Assembly: GCA_021734945.1 (NCBI GenBank)
Contig: JAIPIA010000003.1
Location: forward strand, 156,895-220,894
Direction: 5' to 3'
DNA: 64,000 nt
DNA from: Minisyncoccota bacterium
Lineage (GTDB): Bacteria > Patescibacteriota > Minisyncoccia > Phycocordibacterales > CAIZLB01
Positions 10,601 through 18,935 of this stretch are shown here, piece by piece (within the stretch, counting starts at the first letter, position 1; the number at the start of each line of letters is the position of its first letter). The translations under genes were made by a program, and so were the position numbers. The notes under the pieces were generated by a model. It was given only the letters and a program-made list of their open reading frames with translations, searched no databases and had not been told where the DNA came from.

Positions 10601-11432
10601 GTGTAGTTTCAAGGAGTGAATATTTTAATTCTGGGTTTACAGCAAGCGCCGTATTACCTGGAAGTGTCCATGGCGTCGTTGTCCACGCTAAAAACGATTC
10701 ACCTTTTGGCGTACCCACAGCGCTGTCTGTCAGTGCCGTTCCTTCTGTGTCTCTTTTATTCAACAATTCAAATAGCACATACGCAGAAATATCTGGAATA
10801 TCTTTATACCCTTGTCCTACTTCAAAGTTCGAAAGTGTAGTTTGACATCGAGGACAAAATGGCATTACTTTGAAGGCTTCATACACAAAACCTTTATCCT
10901 GCAGGGTTTTGAATGACCACCAGACAGACTCTGTATAACTTGAATCCATAGTATGGTAATCATTTTCCATATCAACCCATCGTCCTGCCCTCCTTACAAG
11001 TCGCTTCCAATCTATGTCATAACGAAACACACTGTCTTTTGCCGCTTTATTAAATTTATCAATACCATATTCTTCAATGGCTTTTTTATCTGTAAGACCA
11101 AGCTCTTTCTCTATGAGATTCTCAATTGGAAGACCGTGACAATCCCAACCCCACTTTCGCGGAACATTATAGCCCTGCATTGTCTTATATCGAGGAATAA
11201 CATCCTTAATAGTTGAAGGAATCATGTGACCGAAATGTGGAAGACCAGTAGCGTACGGTGGCCCATCATAAAAGACGAAATTACCCTTAGGTGAGTCTTT
11301 CTCTAAACTTTTTTGAAATATATCGTGCTCCTGCCAAAAAGCCAAAACAGCTTCTTCTCGCAGGGCAGATTTTGTCTTGAGTGCATCGCCCGCATGTACC
11401 TCTGTCTGGGGCTTTGGATTGAATTCTGCCAT
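7689..11432 (-). CDS. ileS: Isoleucine--tRNA ligase (type 2-like) with inserted histidine phosphatase domain
   Basis: FYDGPPYATGLPHFGH (HIGH), GWDCHGLP, WTTTPWTLP, DWAISRSRYWG, EGLDQTRGWF, KMSKS; insert carries RHGE; start placed at ATG 11432. Confidence 0.95.
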   Translation of the reverse strand: MAEFNPKPQTEVHAGDALKTKSALREEAVLAFWQEHDIFQKSLEKDSPKGNFVFYDGPPYATGLPHFGHMIPSTIKDVIPRYKTMQGYNVPRKWGWDCHGLPIENLIEKELGLTDKKAIEEYGIDKFNKAAKDSVFRYDIDWKRLVRRAGRWVDMENDYHTMDSSYTESVWWSFKTLQDKGFVYEAFKVMPFCPRCQTTLSNFEVGQGYKDIPDISAYVLFELLNKRDTEGTALTDSAVGTPKGESFLAWTTTPWTLPGNTALAVNPELKYSLLETTQKDISVKLWVATDLIPKLKEKNILPQEATVLKEVAGTELEGISYVPPFDFYANTGTLSANQETKRANAWKVQCADFVTAEDGTGIVHIAPAFGDDDYKLSVEMNLPVIIHVGPDGKIKEGNGSLSGLYAKPKGDHQLTDIEVIKLLSQLKNSTNSPLLFAKEKLVHSYPHCWRCDTPLLNYATSSWFVRVTDMKDTLIAENNKVNWIPKEVGEGRFGKWIENVRDWAISRSRYWGAPLPIWRGQKTGKVEFIGSVSDLKSKIESRGNNITLMRHGEAESNTLDVINSDPSEAGREKYGLTMHGRGQVEEAAQKLLARQKETGKKITKIYSSDFRRTRETAEHVANALGLDKTQIVFDTRLREVGGGDFEGGKWSGRAETGYFKTRHDTVYKKNPGTNGESVEDVKKRSAEFLYDLDSKHEDENILVVTHGLPLRLMVNTINGQTCRDLLRSGWRDYSDPNASLHEMDFKQLPHNESMELDLHRPYIDRVTWESEVEEGLLLLDGTKAKSGEKETMVRVPEVFDVWYDSGAMPFAQAHYPFENKDLFEENNSPIFPADFIAEGLDQTRGWFYSLMVLGVGLFGKSPYKNVIVNGLMLAEDGRKMSKSLKNYPPMEPTFDKYGVDPLRYFIASSSVTHSEEVLFSEKTLDEINKKIFNRLENVYSFYVLYAEHVPVSEGLTPDSVPHSDNVLDKWIVARLSSLKNDIEKGLDTYQIDKAARPIADIVDDLSTWYLRRSRDRFKGDDAKDKEQAMQTTRFALLTLSKLIAPFVPFMAEHMYQSIRNEIARVSSTSAVLMPESVHLADWPTLPVVDHALIDAMKVARKLVETGLAIRAKSGIKVRQPLASFVYTHEEASSETGIELSEDFLQIIKEELNVKEVKKGSELALDTNLTVELKEEGIVRDAIRGVQEARKNAGLIPSDFIVLTVSASSSTLDILKKNEEMLKKPIQAEKVEYVEVEVEEPLLEVTKI

Positions 11433-11550
11433 GTGATTTTGCGAAATCACACCGAGCGGTCGTCATCTCGGCTCGGCGCTTTTTCTTTATTGTAATTATT
11501 ATGTGTAAATTTTGAACTATATTCGCACACCGTATAAAAAATGTTGCCAT
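11287..11550 (-). other. Candidate Ile-rich upstream ORF overlapping the ileS start (possible leader peptide)
   Basis: MATFFIRCANIVQNLHIIITIKKK: 6 Ile in first 21 codons; downstream of a TTGCCA-16-TACTAT promoter; followed by two hairpins at the ileS start. Confidence 0.35.
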
Positions 11551-11660
11551 TTTTGATTCATTTTGATGCGTTTTTATAGTTTTTTAAATAGTAGCACTTT
11601 GGTCAAAAGTGGCAACTTAGTGAGACTTGTTTCCATTAATTTTCCTATCTATTCCAAAGA

Positions 11661-11699
11661 AAAAACCCCGTCAGTTTCTCAAGCTGACATTGGGGGGTT
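11661..11699 (-). terminator. Intrinsic terminator
   Basis: AACCCC..GTCAG..CTGAC..GGGGTT stem followed by a U-run on the minus strand. Confidence 0.55.
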
Positions 11700-11737
11700 A
11701 AGGGTTTATGACACCAAATAAATGATTTTACCTTCGA

Positions 11738-11899
11738 TTAGCCTCGCGAGTGCAGACGACGTCGTGTATTGAAACGATAATTGCAGGCAGTGAGAAGTAT
11801 TAAGCGTCGGACCTTTAAGGCTCCGCACCTGCAACCTCCACGACCTGATGGTTTCATGCAACGACGTTCTGTACCTGTTGAGCTAGTTTCGTTTGCCAT
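11738..11899 (-). CDS. Small Arg/Cys-rich hypothetical protein
   Basis: MANETSSTGTERRCMKPSGRGGCRCG...; bracketed by a TTGACG promoter near 12010 and the terminator at 11661-11699. Confidence 0.35.
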   Translation of the reverse strand: MANETSSTGTERRCMKPSGRGGCRCGALKVRRLILLTACNYRFNTRRRLHSRG

Positions 11900-12043
11900 A
11901 ATGGCTTTGTTGTTGGTTTCCTTGTTTCTGTGCAAATGAGCCTCTCACATCTCCCAGAGGAAAATGTGTGACTCATAGAAATCATGATGCCAACAAAGCT
12001 CATATTCGTCAATAGACTCCTACATTGTGTACATGATCTTATT

Positions 12044-12920
12044 TTACAAAATCACCATAACAACTCCAGATAGGATTACTAAGCAGGCCAGACTTCTCCG
12101 AACAAGTTCTTTCTCTTTAAAGAGATTCCCCCCTATGACAGTAGTGATTACAGCATTTATTTGCTTAACAGCATTTAGGAGCCCTGCCTCTACTAGATTT
12201 ACAGCAAACAATATGTGTGACACGATGCGAGATTATAAAAACTACGTTCGCCCAAAAGGACTTTTGCGTCAGTAAAGCCCCATCAATCAACTTCTTCTTC
12301 GCCACAGTAGGCTTTCTGAATGCATTTTTAATAATATCGAATGCAAACATATTTATACATATACCAACTTGAATCATGAGCAAGAAGAGTAATGGATCAA
12401 CACCTCTGTGATGAATAACATATCTATCGCCGACTGCACTGAGTCCGAAGAAGACTAAACCAATAATAAGTATCAGATAAAGATGTGATTTTCCATCACT
12501 TTGAACTACCTTGTGTTTATATTCCAATATAAAAAGTCCAAAAGATGATAGAACTATTCCAAATATCTGCGATTGCGTAAAAAATTCACCAATAAATATA
12601 CTCCCAAATAACGCAACAATAATAGGTGTTGTTGCAAAGAGTGTACTAGACTCACTTATATCTATTTTTTGAACGACATAAGCAATGGCTAATGCATCAA
12701 CCACAGAAATTAATGATAAGCCGTACACAATCCAAAAAGTCTCCCCTGTTATATTAAAATCTTTAACAAAATAAAGAAGTGGTATGGAACAGATTGCTAT
12801 TATAAAACTGATGCCAGATATATAATCTGAGGCATTCTCTTTCACTAACAATTCTTTTTCAGAAATAGTAGCTAGCGATTTAAAAAGTGCAGCAATGCAA
12901 GCAAGTGTAATCCACGTCAT
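12044..12920 (-). pseudogene. EamA/DMT family transporter with a 1-nt frameshift near 12211
   Basis: Multi-TM EamA pattern; the frame derails at CAT ATT GTT TGC, while the +1 frame continues FAVNLVEAGLLNAVKQINAVITTVIGGNLFKEKELVRRSLACLVILSGVVMVIL* to 12044, the typical EamA C-terminus. Confidence 0.8.
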
Positions 12921-12945
12921 ACAAAACTATTGTACACGAATTATA

Positions 12946-13830
12946 CTAAATACAATCGTTGATATACTTTGTCCAACCAGCCATGCATTTAGTCGAGGTC
13001 GCCCACAAATCTTTCATTGGAGCATAAGGTACTGTAAAAACACCGAACGTTGTTGTTGTATTTGTACCTCCATAGCAATAAGAACCAAAAGCTGTTCCAT
13101 CAGCACATCCTTTGTATGTATATGGAGTTGATATATTACAAGTTGTTATAGTAGTAGCAGACAGAGTTGAGTCATTTAATATTCCTACAACTGCTTTAGG
13201 ATCAGTACATTCTGATGCGTCTTTTGGATTGTAAGCAAGCTTTTCACAATAAAATTTAAGACCTGGACCACCGTTGTTACGTGGACCCTCCCATGATGTA
13301 CAGCCAAATTCAAATGGTGAAACGCCGTGGTTTCTTCCAATCCCTTTATCATAACAAGCAACCAAAGGATCATATGATTTTCCAAAAGCATCACAGTATC
13401 CACTAACTGTTTTCCAATATCCACAAAAAGTTTTTCCATTTAAGTTTATTCTACTTGAACCATTTGGACACTGCAGCCTTGTAGCATTTTTTCTTGCCTG
13501 AACATAATCTTGCCAACTTGCATTACCATCAGCATCAGATACAAGAACTTTCCCTGCTCCGGGATTTCCACCTGTTATTTGAACCTTATCTTGCAACGAT
13601 GTACTTCCTGTTACAAGGAGACCCCCTACACCAAGTGTTCCATTCTTAATCTGACTTACATTTGAGATATTTAGAGGTGCAGCTGAGTTATTATCTGGAG
13701 CAGTTCCAGTTGGCTCACTCCACGCATATACTACGACACCAGAAATAGTGAAAAATAGAAAAGCTGACACTAACGCTGTAATGAAAGTTTCCTTTTTCAC
13801 AACTTGATTATATTTTTTAAAAAATGACAT
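12946..13830 (-). CDS. Secreted/membrane-anchored Cys-rich protein (paralog of 13862-14455)
   Basis: N-terminal TM, AWSEP...P..N..APLN...Q.K.G.LGV, GAGKVLVSDADGNASWQ motif, Cys-rich C-terminus. Confidence 0.7.
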   Translation of the reverse strand: MSFFKKYNQVVKKETFITALVSAFLFFTISGVVVYAWSEPTGTAPDNNSAAPLNISNVSQIKNGTLGVGGLLVTGSTSLQDKVQITGGNPGAGKVLVSDADGNASWQDYVQARKNATRLQCPNGSSRINLNGKTFCGYWKTVSGYCDAFGKSYDPLVACYDKGIGRNHGVSPFEFGCTSWEGPRNNGGPGLKFYCEKLAYNPKDASECTDPKAVVGILNDSTLSATTITTCNISTPYTYKGCADGTAFGSYCYGGTNTTTTFGVFTVPYAPMKDLWATSTKCMAGWTKYINDCI

Positions 13831-13861
13831 AGATTTTATTTATTTGACCCAACGCCATTTA

Positions 13862-14455
13862 TTAATTTGTTGGAGCAGGACCCGCCTTACAATACATCAT
13901 TCCTCCAGGACCACCACCATTTCCTGGTCCCTCCCATGCTGTGCAACCTGTAGCAGTAGGATTTACACCGTGATTTTTACCTACACCCATATCTTCGCAA
14001 TAAACTAAAGTATCTGTTCCATTACAATTATATGTTCCTCCACCAATAGATTTTGAGTACCCACAAAATGTCTGCCCGTTAATACTCATTTGTACTGAAG
14101 TTCCAGGACACTGTGCTTGTGCAGTTACATTACAAGTTGGTACAGGTGGTGGATACTGCCACGCTGCATTACCCTGAGCATCTGACATAAGTATCTTACC
14201 TACATCCTGGGTACCGTCTACGATTTTTACTGTTCCATTAAAGACTGACTGTCCAAAAACCCCAAGACCATTTACACCAAGAACTCCAGTCTTTTGCTGT
14301 GTTGCAGAACCTACGTTTATAGGAGCAGCGACGTTTCCAGCAGGAGGAGTCACTCCAGCACCAGGAGCAACCCATGCACTTGCAGCACTTGAAAAACCAA
14401 TTAAAACAACAGCAATCACGAGTGCGTATATAAATTGTGTAATTTGTTCTTTCAT
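13862..14455 (-). CDS. Secreted/membrane-anchored Cys-rich protein (paralog of 12946-13830)
   Basis: Same N-terminal module plus QCP..NG.TFCGY...NHGV.P...GCT.WEGP...GGPG...YC domain; start placed at ATG 14455. Confidence 0.7.
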   Translation of the reverse strand: MKEQITQFIYALVIAVVLIGFSSAASAWVAPGAGVTPPAGNVAAPINVGSATQQKTGVLGVNGLGVFGQSVFNGTVKIVDGTQDVGKILMSDAQGNAAWQYPPPVPTCNVTAQAQCPGTSVQMSINGQTFCGYSKSIGGGTYNCNGTDTLVYCEDMGVGKNHGVNPTATGCTAWEGPGNGGGPGGMMYCKAGPAPTN

Positions 14456-14474
14456 ATTTTTTATATTATTGGAT

Positions 14475-14813
14475 CTATTTAATATTTCCACCTAGTTCTT
14501 TCATAATCTGCATTTTCTTAGCTTCTGAAATTTTTTGATTCGCTTTAATTATACTTAACATCTTATCCTTTTGCACATCTGAAATGCTACTTTGTGATTG
14601 TTGGAGCGCTGGCGAATCTATTGATTCAATAGGTTTTGGAGGGTTTCCTAAATTATCCAATGGATCAATATCCTGATTTTCTAGTTGGCTAGGTAATAAA
14701 AAATCTGTAATAACACCGTATGAATAATAAAGACTAAAAACAATTGCAAAAACAAGAACAACATACAATGATGTTTTCTTCGCGAACTTGTACGCGTCAA
14801 AATTATGTCTCAT
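14475..14813 (-). CDS. Small single-TM hypothetical protein
   Basis: One hydrophobic segment; co-oriented with and directly upstream of the Cys-rich pair. Confidence 0.6.
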   Translation of the reverse strand: MRHNFDAYKFAKKTSLYVVLVFAIVFSLYYSYGVITDFLLPSQLENQDIDPLDNLGNPPKPIESIDSPALQQSQSSISDVQKDKMLSIIKANQKISEAKKMQIMKELGGNIK

Positions 14814-14851
14814 ATAGAGACTAATAATATCACAAGACTATCAGTTTATAA

Positions 14852-15892
14852 CTAGTGCAGTACACAAGCATTCACACACTCACGACACTCAGGAGAACAA
14901 AATGTAAATCCATGAGCAACTTTCAAGATATTTCGAAGTCGTGCTTCGTCTGATGGATTCTCCTCAATCATATGTTGAGCTTCTTTAATAGAATTAGAAA
15001 GACATTCTGCACAACAAAGCATTTTTAGATGACATTCTATATTTGCGCAATTTGTGTAGTTTTCTGTTGTAGCCTGACAGAGATCACACTTACCTACTAC
15101 AGGTCGCTCTATACCCTTATCAGCAGCAAAGTCCATTGTTTCTCGATTATCAAATACATATAGTGAACCAAGAAAATCTTCTCCAGGAAATTTTTCCATG
15201 TACTTATGCATACCACCATGAAGCTGATATACATTTTTAAAACCCTTTTCGATAATGTAACCTGAGGCTTTTTCACATCGAATGCCTCCTGTGCACACAG
15301 TAATAACTTTTTTACCTTTTTCTGAGGAGTCCTTAATCTGCTGGAGTTTTTCAGATTCACTAAGAACCTTTGGTAAATCACGAAAATTATCCATTTCAGG
15401 ATTTATAGAATTCTTAAAATGACCTACTTTAAATTCATAGTCATTTCGCATATCTATGATTTCAAAATCTTCGCCTGATTCATACCATTTCTTCAATTCT
15501 TCTGGTTCGAGATACTTCCCTGTTACTTTATTTGGATCAATGTCCGCTTCACCGTATCGGTCGAGACCAAGTGAAACAACCTCTTTTCGCACTTTTACTT
15601 TCATTTTTGGGAACGCAGTTCCGTCAGCTGTACCTGGACTATTTTTAAAAGGCATATCACTGAAATCGCCAAAAGTTGTTGCACGCATGAGTTCAATATA
15701 CTTCGTAGTTTTTTCTTTTAGACCTTCAAGTGTTCCATTTATTCCTTCATGTGCAATGAGAATTCGTCCCTTAAAACCAAGTTGTTCGCAAACTTCTTTG
15801 TGCCATTTTACAAAACCCTCAGGATCAGCTACGTGAGTGTATTTGTAATATAGAAGAATTTCGTATGGATTTTTAGGGTCAGTTTTAATCAT
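14852..15892 (-). CDS. trhO: tRNA uridine(34) hydroxylase TrhO (YceA/UPF0176 rhodanese domain)
   Basis: YYKY, GRILIAHEGINGT, DMRNDYE..VGHF, CTGGIRCEK, LYVFDNR, C-terminal Cys cluster. Confidence 0.92.
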   Translation of the reverse strand: MIKTDPKNPYEILLYYKYTHVADPEGFVKWHKEVCEQLGFKGRILIAHEGINGTLEGLKEKTTKYIELMRATTFGDFSDMPFKNSPGTADGTAFPKMKVKVRKEVVSLGLDRYGEADIDPNKVTGKYLEPEELKKWYESGEDFEIIDMRNDYEFKVGHFKNSINPEMDNFRDLPKVLSESEKLQQIKDSSEKGKKVITVCTGGIRCEKASGYIIEKGFKNVYQLHGGMHKYMEKFPGEDFLGSLYVFDNRETMDFAADKGIERPVVGKCDLCQATTENYTNCANIECHLKMLCCAECLSNSIKEAQHMIEENPSDEARLRNILKVAHGFTFCSPECRECVNACVLH

Positions 15893-16076
15893 TTGGTTTA
15901 AAGAGCGACCTATAGGAATAAATCCCTCAGCGCCGTGTATATAGTATATGTTTAATACTTATATAGTGCACAGGTTATTCGTCAGGAGGACGTAGATAAC
16001 CATATATAATTACGCATAATATAGTACAAACTAGGGCTCCGGCGCAACTCTTTAAATTTTATTCAACAAATCAAAC

Positions 16077-17966
16077 CTACATCTTCAGAGGAACACGTAT
16101 ACCGAGCACATCCAAACCATTTTTTATAACAATAGAAAACGCCTGAACTAGGGCGACTTTGTAAGGAGAGCTCGCGTCATCTACTTTTACAATCTGAGTG
16201 TTCGCATAAAAAGAGTTAAATGTTCCAGCGAGGTCAATGAGATAATTTGCCACATGATGTGGAGAAAGATCCTTCCATGATCGTTCAATAGTTTCTGGAT
16301 ATCGCGCGAGAGTTTTTTCAAGCTTGAGCATAGCGCCAAGATTTGAGCCATCAACACCGGCAGTATCTACCACATCAGCACTATTTCCATTCATATCAAC
16401 GTACTGAACAATTCCCTGTTCTTTAGCTTTGGCGAGAATAGATTTTGCTCGCACGTATGCATATTGTAAATATGGACCAGAATCACCTTCAAATGAAAGA
16501 GATTTTTCCGGATCAAAAATAATATCTCGTCCAAGTGATTGTCGAAGCACTGTGTATTTAATTGCCGCAACTGCAACATCTTTAGCAACTGCTTTTTTCT
16601 CATCTTCTGTCATGTCTCTGTCCTTCATCTTTTCGAGAGATTGTTCAATCATATCCATAAGTAGAGATTCACCTGTAATAACATCACCTGTTCGTGATGA
16701 CATTTTTCCAGTTGTAAGTTTGAGCATTCCATGAGAAACGTGTTTTGTCTTGGCTATTATTTCAGGAAAAATAAAAGAAGCTGACTTAAGTACAACCTTA
16801 AAATATTCATCTTGCTCGTTTGCCGTTACATACACACCGAGGTCGTACTTGTATATATCGTATTTTGTAGGTATAAGTCCGATTTCCTTTCCATCATATG
16901 TAGGTAAACCATCTTTATTGAGAAATACTCGTGTATGTAAGCCGTATTTTTCTCCTGGGAAAATAACAGCGCCATTACTCTCTTCAAAAATAGATGCGCC
17001 TTTTGGAGCCGTGTTTGCTTCCACAATTTCCTTGCCGATCTTTGTAACCTGACTTTCAAAAAAGTATCTATCAAATTTTGTTCCTAGTATTTCATACAAT
17101 TCCTCGAAGTGTTCGAGACTCCATTCCTTTCCTTTATCGTAGATTTCGTTAACTTGAACATCTGATCTCTCATAAATTTTTCGATTTAGTTCACGCACCT
17201 CATCCTCCATTTTTTTGAAATCAACTCCGTTTGCACGACCCTGTCCGTCTACCTCACCTGATTCTTTACATGCATCTTCAAGTTTTTTGAACTGCGTAGC
17301 ACCGAGCGCATAAGCTTTTCCAAAGTACGCAACCTTATCACTTATAGTTGCATCATCGTTTGGAATCCCAACATCCATAAGTCGAAGACCCCACATTGTG
17401 AGTGCAATATGTCGCCCAACATCACCTTGATAACAAAATCGCTTTACTTCCCCGCCATTCGCCTCAGCGAGACGCGCAAGTGATTCACCAGCAGTATTTG
17501 CCATGAGATGTCCAATATGAAAAACCTTGAAAGGATTCGGATCAGTATATTCAAATGCGATTTTCTTTCTTTCGCTATCTACACCTTGCTCAGACTGATT
17601 TGTTCCGTACATGTCACCATTACTTAAAATATCTGCAACTGACTTTCTATATACAGAATTTTTGAGTTGAAAATTTATAAACCCAGGACCAGCAATTTCT
17701 ATTTTCTCGATATCTGCAAATTCTTCAATATTTTCCTGACCAAATTTTAGTTTTTCAACAATTTCAATAGCCAAAGAAAGTGGACTCTTTTTAGCCTTTG
17801 GTGCATATACCATAGCAACGTTTGTAGCATAGTCACCATGTGACATATCAGCAGGCCGTTCTAGAACTATTTTTTTGATTTGTTCTGATGACTCCCCTTC
17901 AGTAAAAACACCCATTTCTGTGAGCACCTCGGCTATCTTCTTAATAATAGATTCTTTAATATTCAT
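16077..17966 (-). CDS. argS: Arginine--tRNA ligase
   Basis: HGDYATN, AGPGFINF, PNPFKVFHIGH, KMSSRTG, FEGDSGPYLQYAYVRA; start placed at ATG 17966. Confidence 0.97.
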   Translation of the reverse strand: MNIKESIIKKIAEVLTEMGVFTEGESSEQIKKIVLERPADMSHGDYATNVAMVYAPKAKKSPLSLAIEIVEKLKFGQENIEEFADIEKIEIAGPGFINFQLKNSVYRKSVADILSNGDMYGTNQSEQGVDSERKKIAFEYTDPNPFKVFHIGHLMANTAGESLARLAEANGGEVKRFCYQGDVGRHIALTMWGLRLMDVGIPNDDATISDKVAYFGKAYALGATQFKKLEDACKESGEVDGQGRANGVDFKKMEDEVRELNRKIYERSDVQVNEIYDKGKEWSLEHFEELYEILGTKFDRYFFESQVTKIGKEIVEANTAPKGASIFEESNGAVIFPGEKYGLHTRVFLNKDGLPTYDGKEIGLIPTKYDIYKYDLGVYVTANEQDEYFKVVLKSASFIFPEIIAKTKHVSHGMLKLTTGKMSSRTGDVITGESLLMDMIEQSLEKMKDRDMTEDEKKAVAKDVAVAAIKYTVLRQSLGRDIIFDPEKSLSFEGDSGPYLQYAYVRAKSILAKAKEQGIVQYVDMNGNSADVVDTAGVDGSNLGAMLKLEKTLARYPETIERSWKDLSPHHVANYLIDLAGTFNSFYANTQIVKVDDASSPYKVALVQAFSIVIKNGLDVLGIRVPLKM

Positions 17967-18065
17967 GTACTCATATATTACACAAAATAAGGGAAAATGC
18001 ACTTAATGTAAAAAGCATCCAAACCTTAAGTGTCTAGATGCTTTTACGCGCAATAATTCAAATCT

Positions 18066-18926
18066 CTAATTACCTAACACCTTCCCTACCTCCTTCCAAA
18101 CCATCTCGTGTATTTCATCTATTGAAAGTAATTTCCCTTCTGGATGTTCTGCTGTTTTAGGAGCACAGTCTATAACAGTCCAACCAAACTTTTTTGCCAC
18201 ATACAAAAATGCCTCACTTGCCTTTCTCATATGATCTTGATCTGCTTCGTGAATATCTGTCTTTTTACCCTTGAGATATTCTTTATCTGGACGACTAGCA
18301 ATGAGACGTTGATTGGTTTCAGGATCTACATACAAAACAATTGTTAGATCAGGTCGTGGAATTTTAAATATTTCAAATTCAAGATTATCGAGCCACTCAA
18401 GATATTTGTCTCGCTCTACAAGATTATCTATTTTTCCAGCTTGATGTCCCATACTTGCAGATACATATCTATCAGATACGAGAATAGTTCCCGCTTCCAA
18501 CTTTTTCTTCATATCAAATGAGTGATCATATCGATCAACTGCATAAAACATAGATGCAACATACGGACCAACATCGAGCGCTGTGCCGAAACCACCATGC
18601 AAATATTTTTCAACAAGATAACATGAGGGTGTACCGTACCGTGGAAAATCCATTGTTTGTATTAATGAGTCTCTTGCACCCAAAGTAGCAATGTCGTTTA
18701 CTTTTTCATCAGCATTTATTCCATTAGCAGTCGCATCATTTTCAGGGTCTGTATCCTCATCGACTTCAGCATCAGCTCCATGCGGAGCAAAAAGACTCTT
18801 CTCACCTGAGGCAAGACTAGCACCTTCCGAAATAAGTCGTTCAAGGAGTTTTGCAGTCTGAGTCTTTTTTCCAGAACCATCAGTACCTTCTATTACAATG
18901 AGTTTACCTTTTGAGGTTTGGTACAT
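18066..18926 (-). CDS. tmk: Thymidylate kinase with acidic insertion
   Basis: IEGTDGSGKKTQ P-loop, FPRY, SDRYVSA motif, PRPDL. Confidence 0.9.
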   Translation of the reverse strand: MYQTSKGKLIVIEGTDGSGKKTQTAKLLERLISEGASLASGEKSLFAPHGADAEVDEDTDPENDATANGINADEKVNDIATLGARDSLIQTMDFPRYGTPSCYLVEKYLHGGFGTALDVGPYVASMFYAVDRYDHSFDMKKKLEAGTILVSDRYVSASMGHQAGKIDNLVERDKYLEWLDNLEFEIFKIPRPDLTIVLYVDPETNQRLIASRPDKEYLKGKKTDIHEADQDHMRKASEAFLYVAKKFGWTVIDCAPKTAEHPEGKLLSIDEIHEMVWKEVGKVLGN

Positions 18927-18935
18927 GTATGTCGT

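Noticed and set aside
11433-11660. T-box riboswitch upstream of ileS (and glyS)
   Set aside because: No GGTGGNACCGCG antiterminator motif or specifier stem is visible
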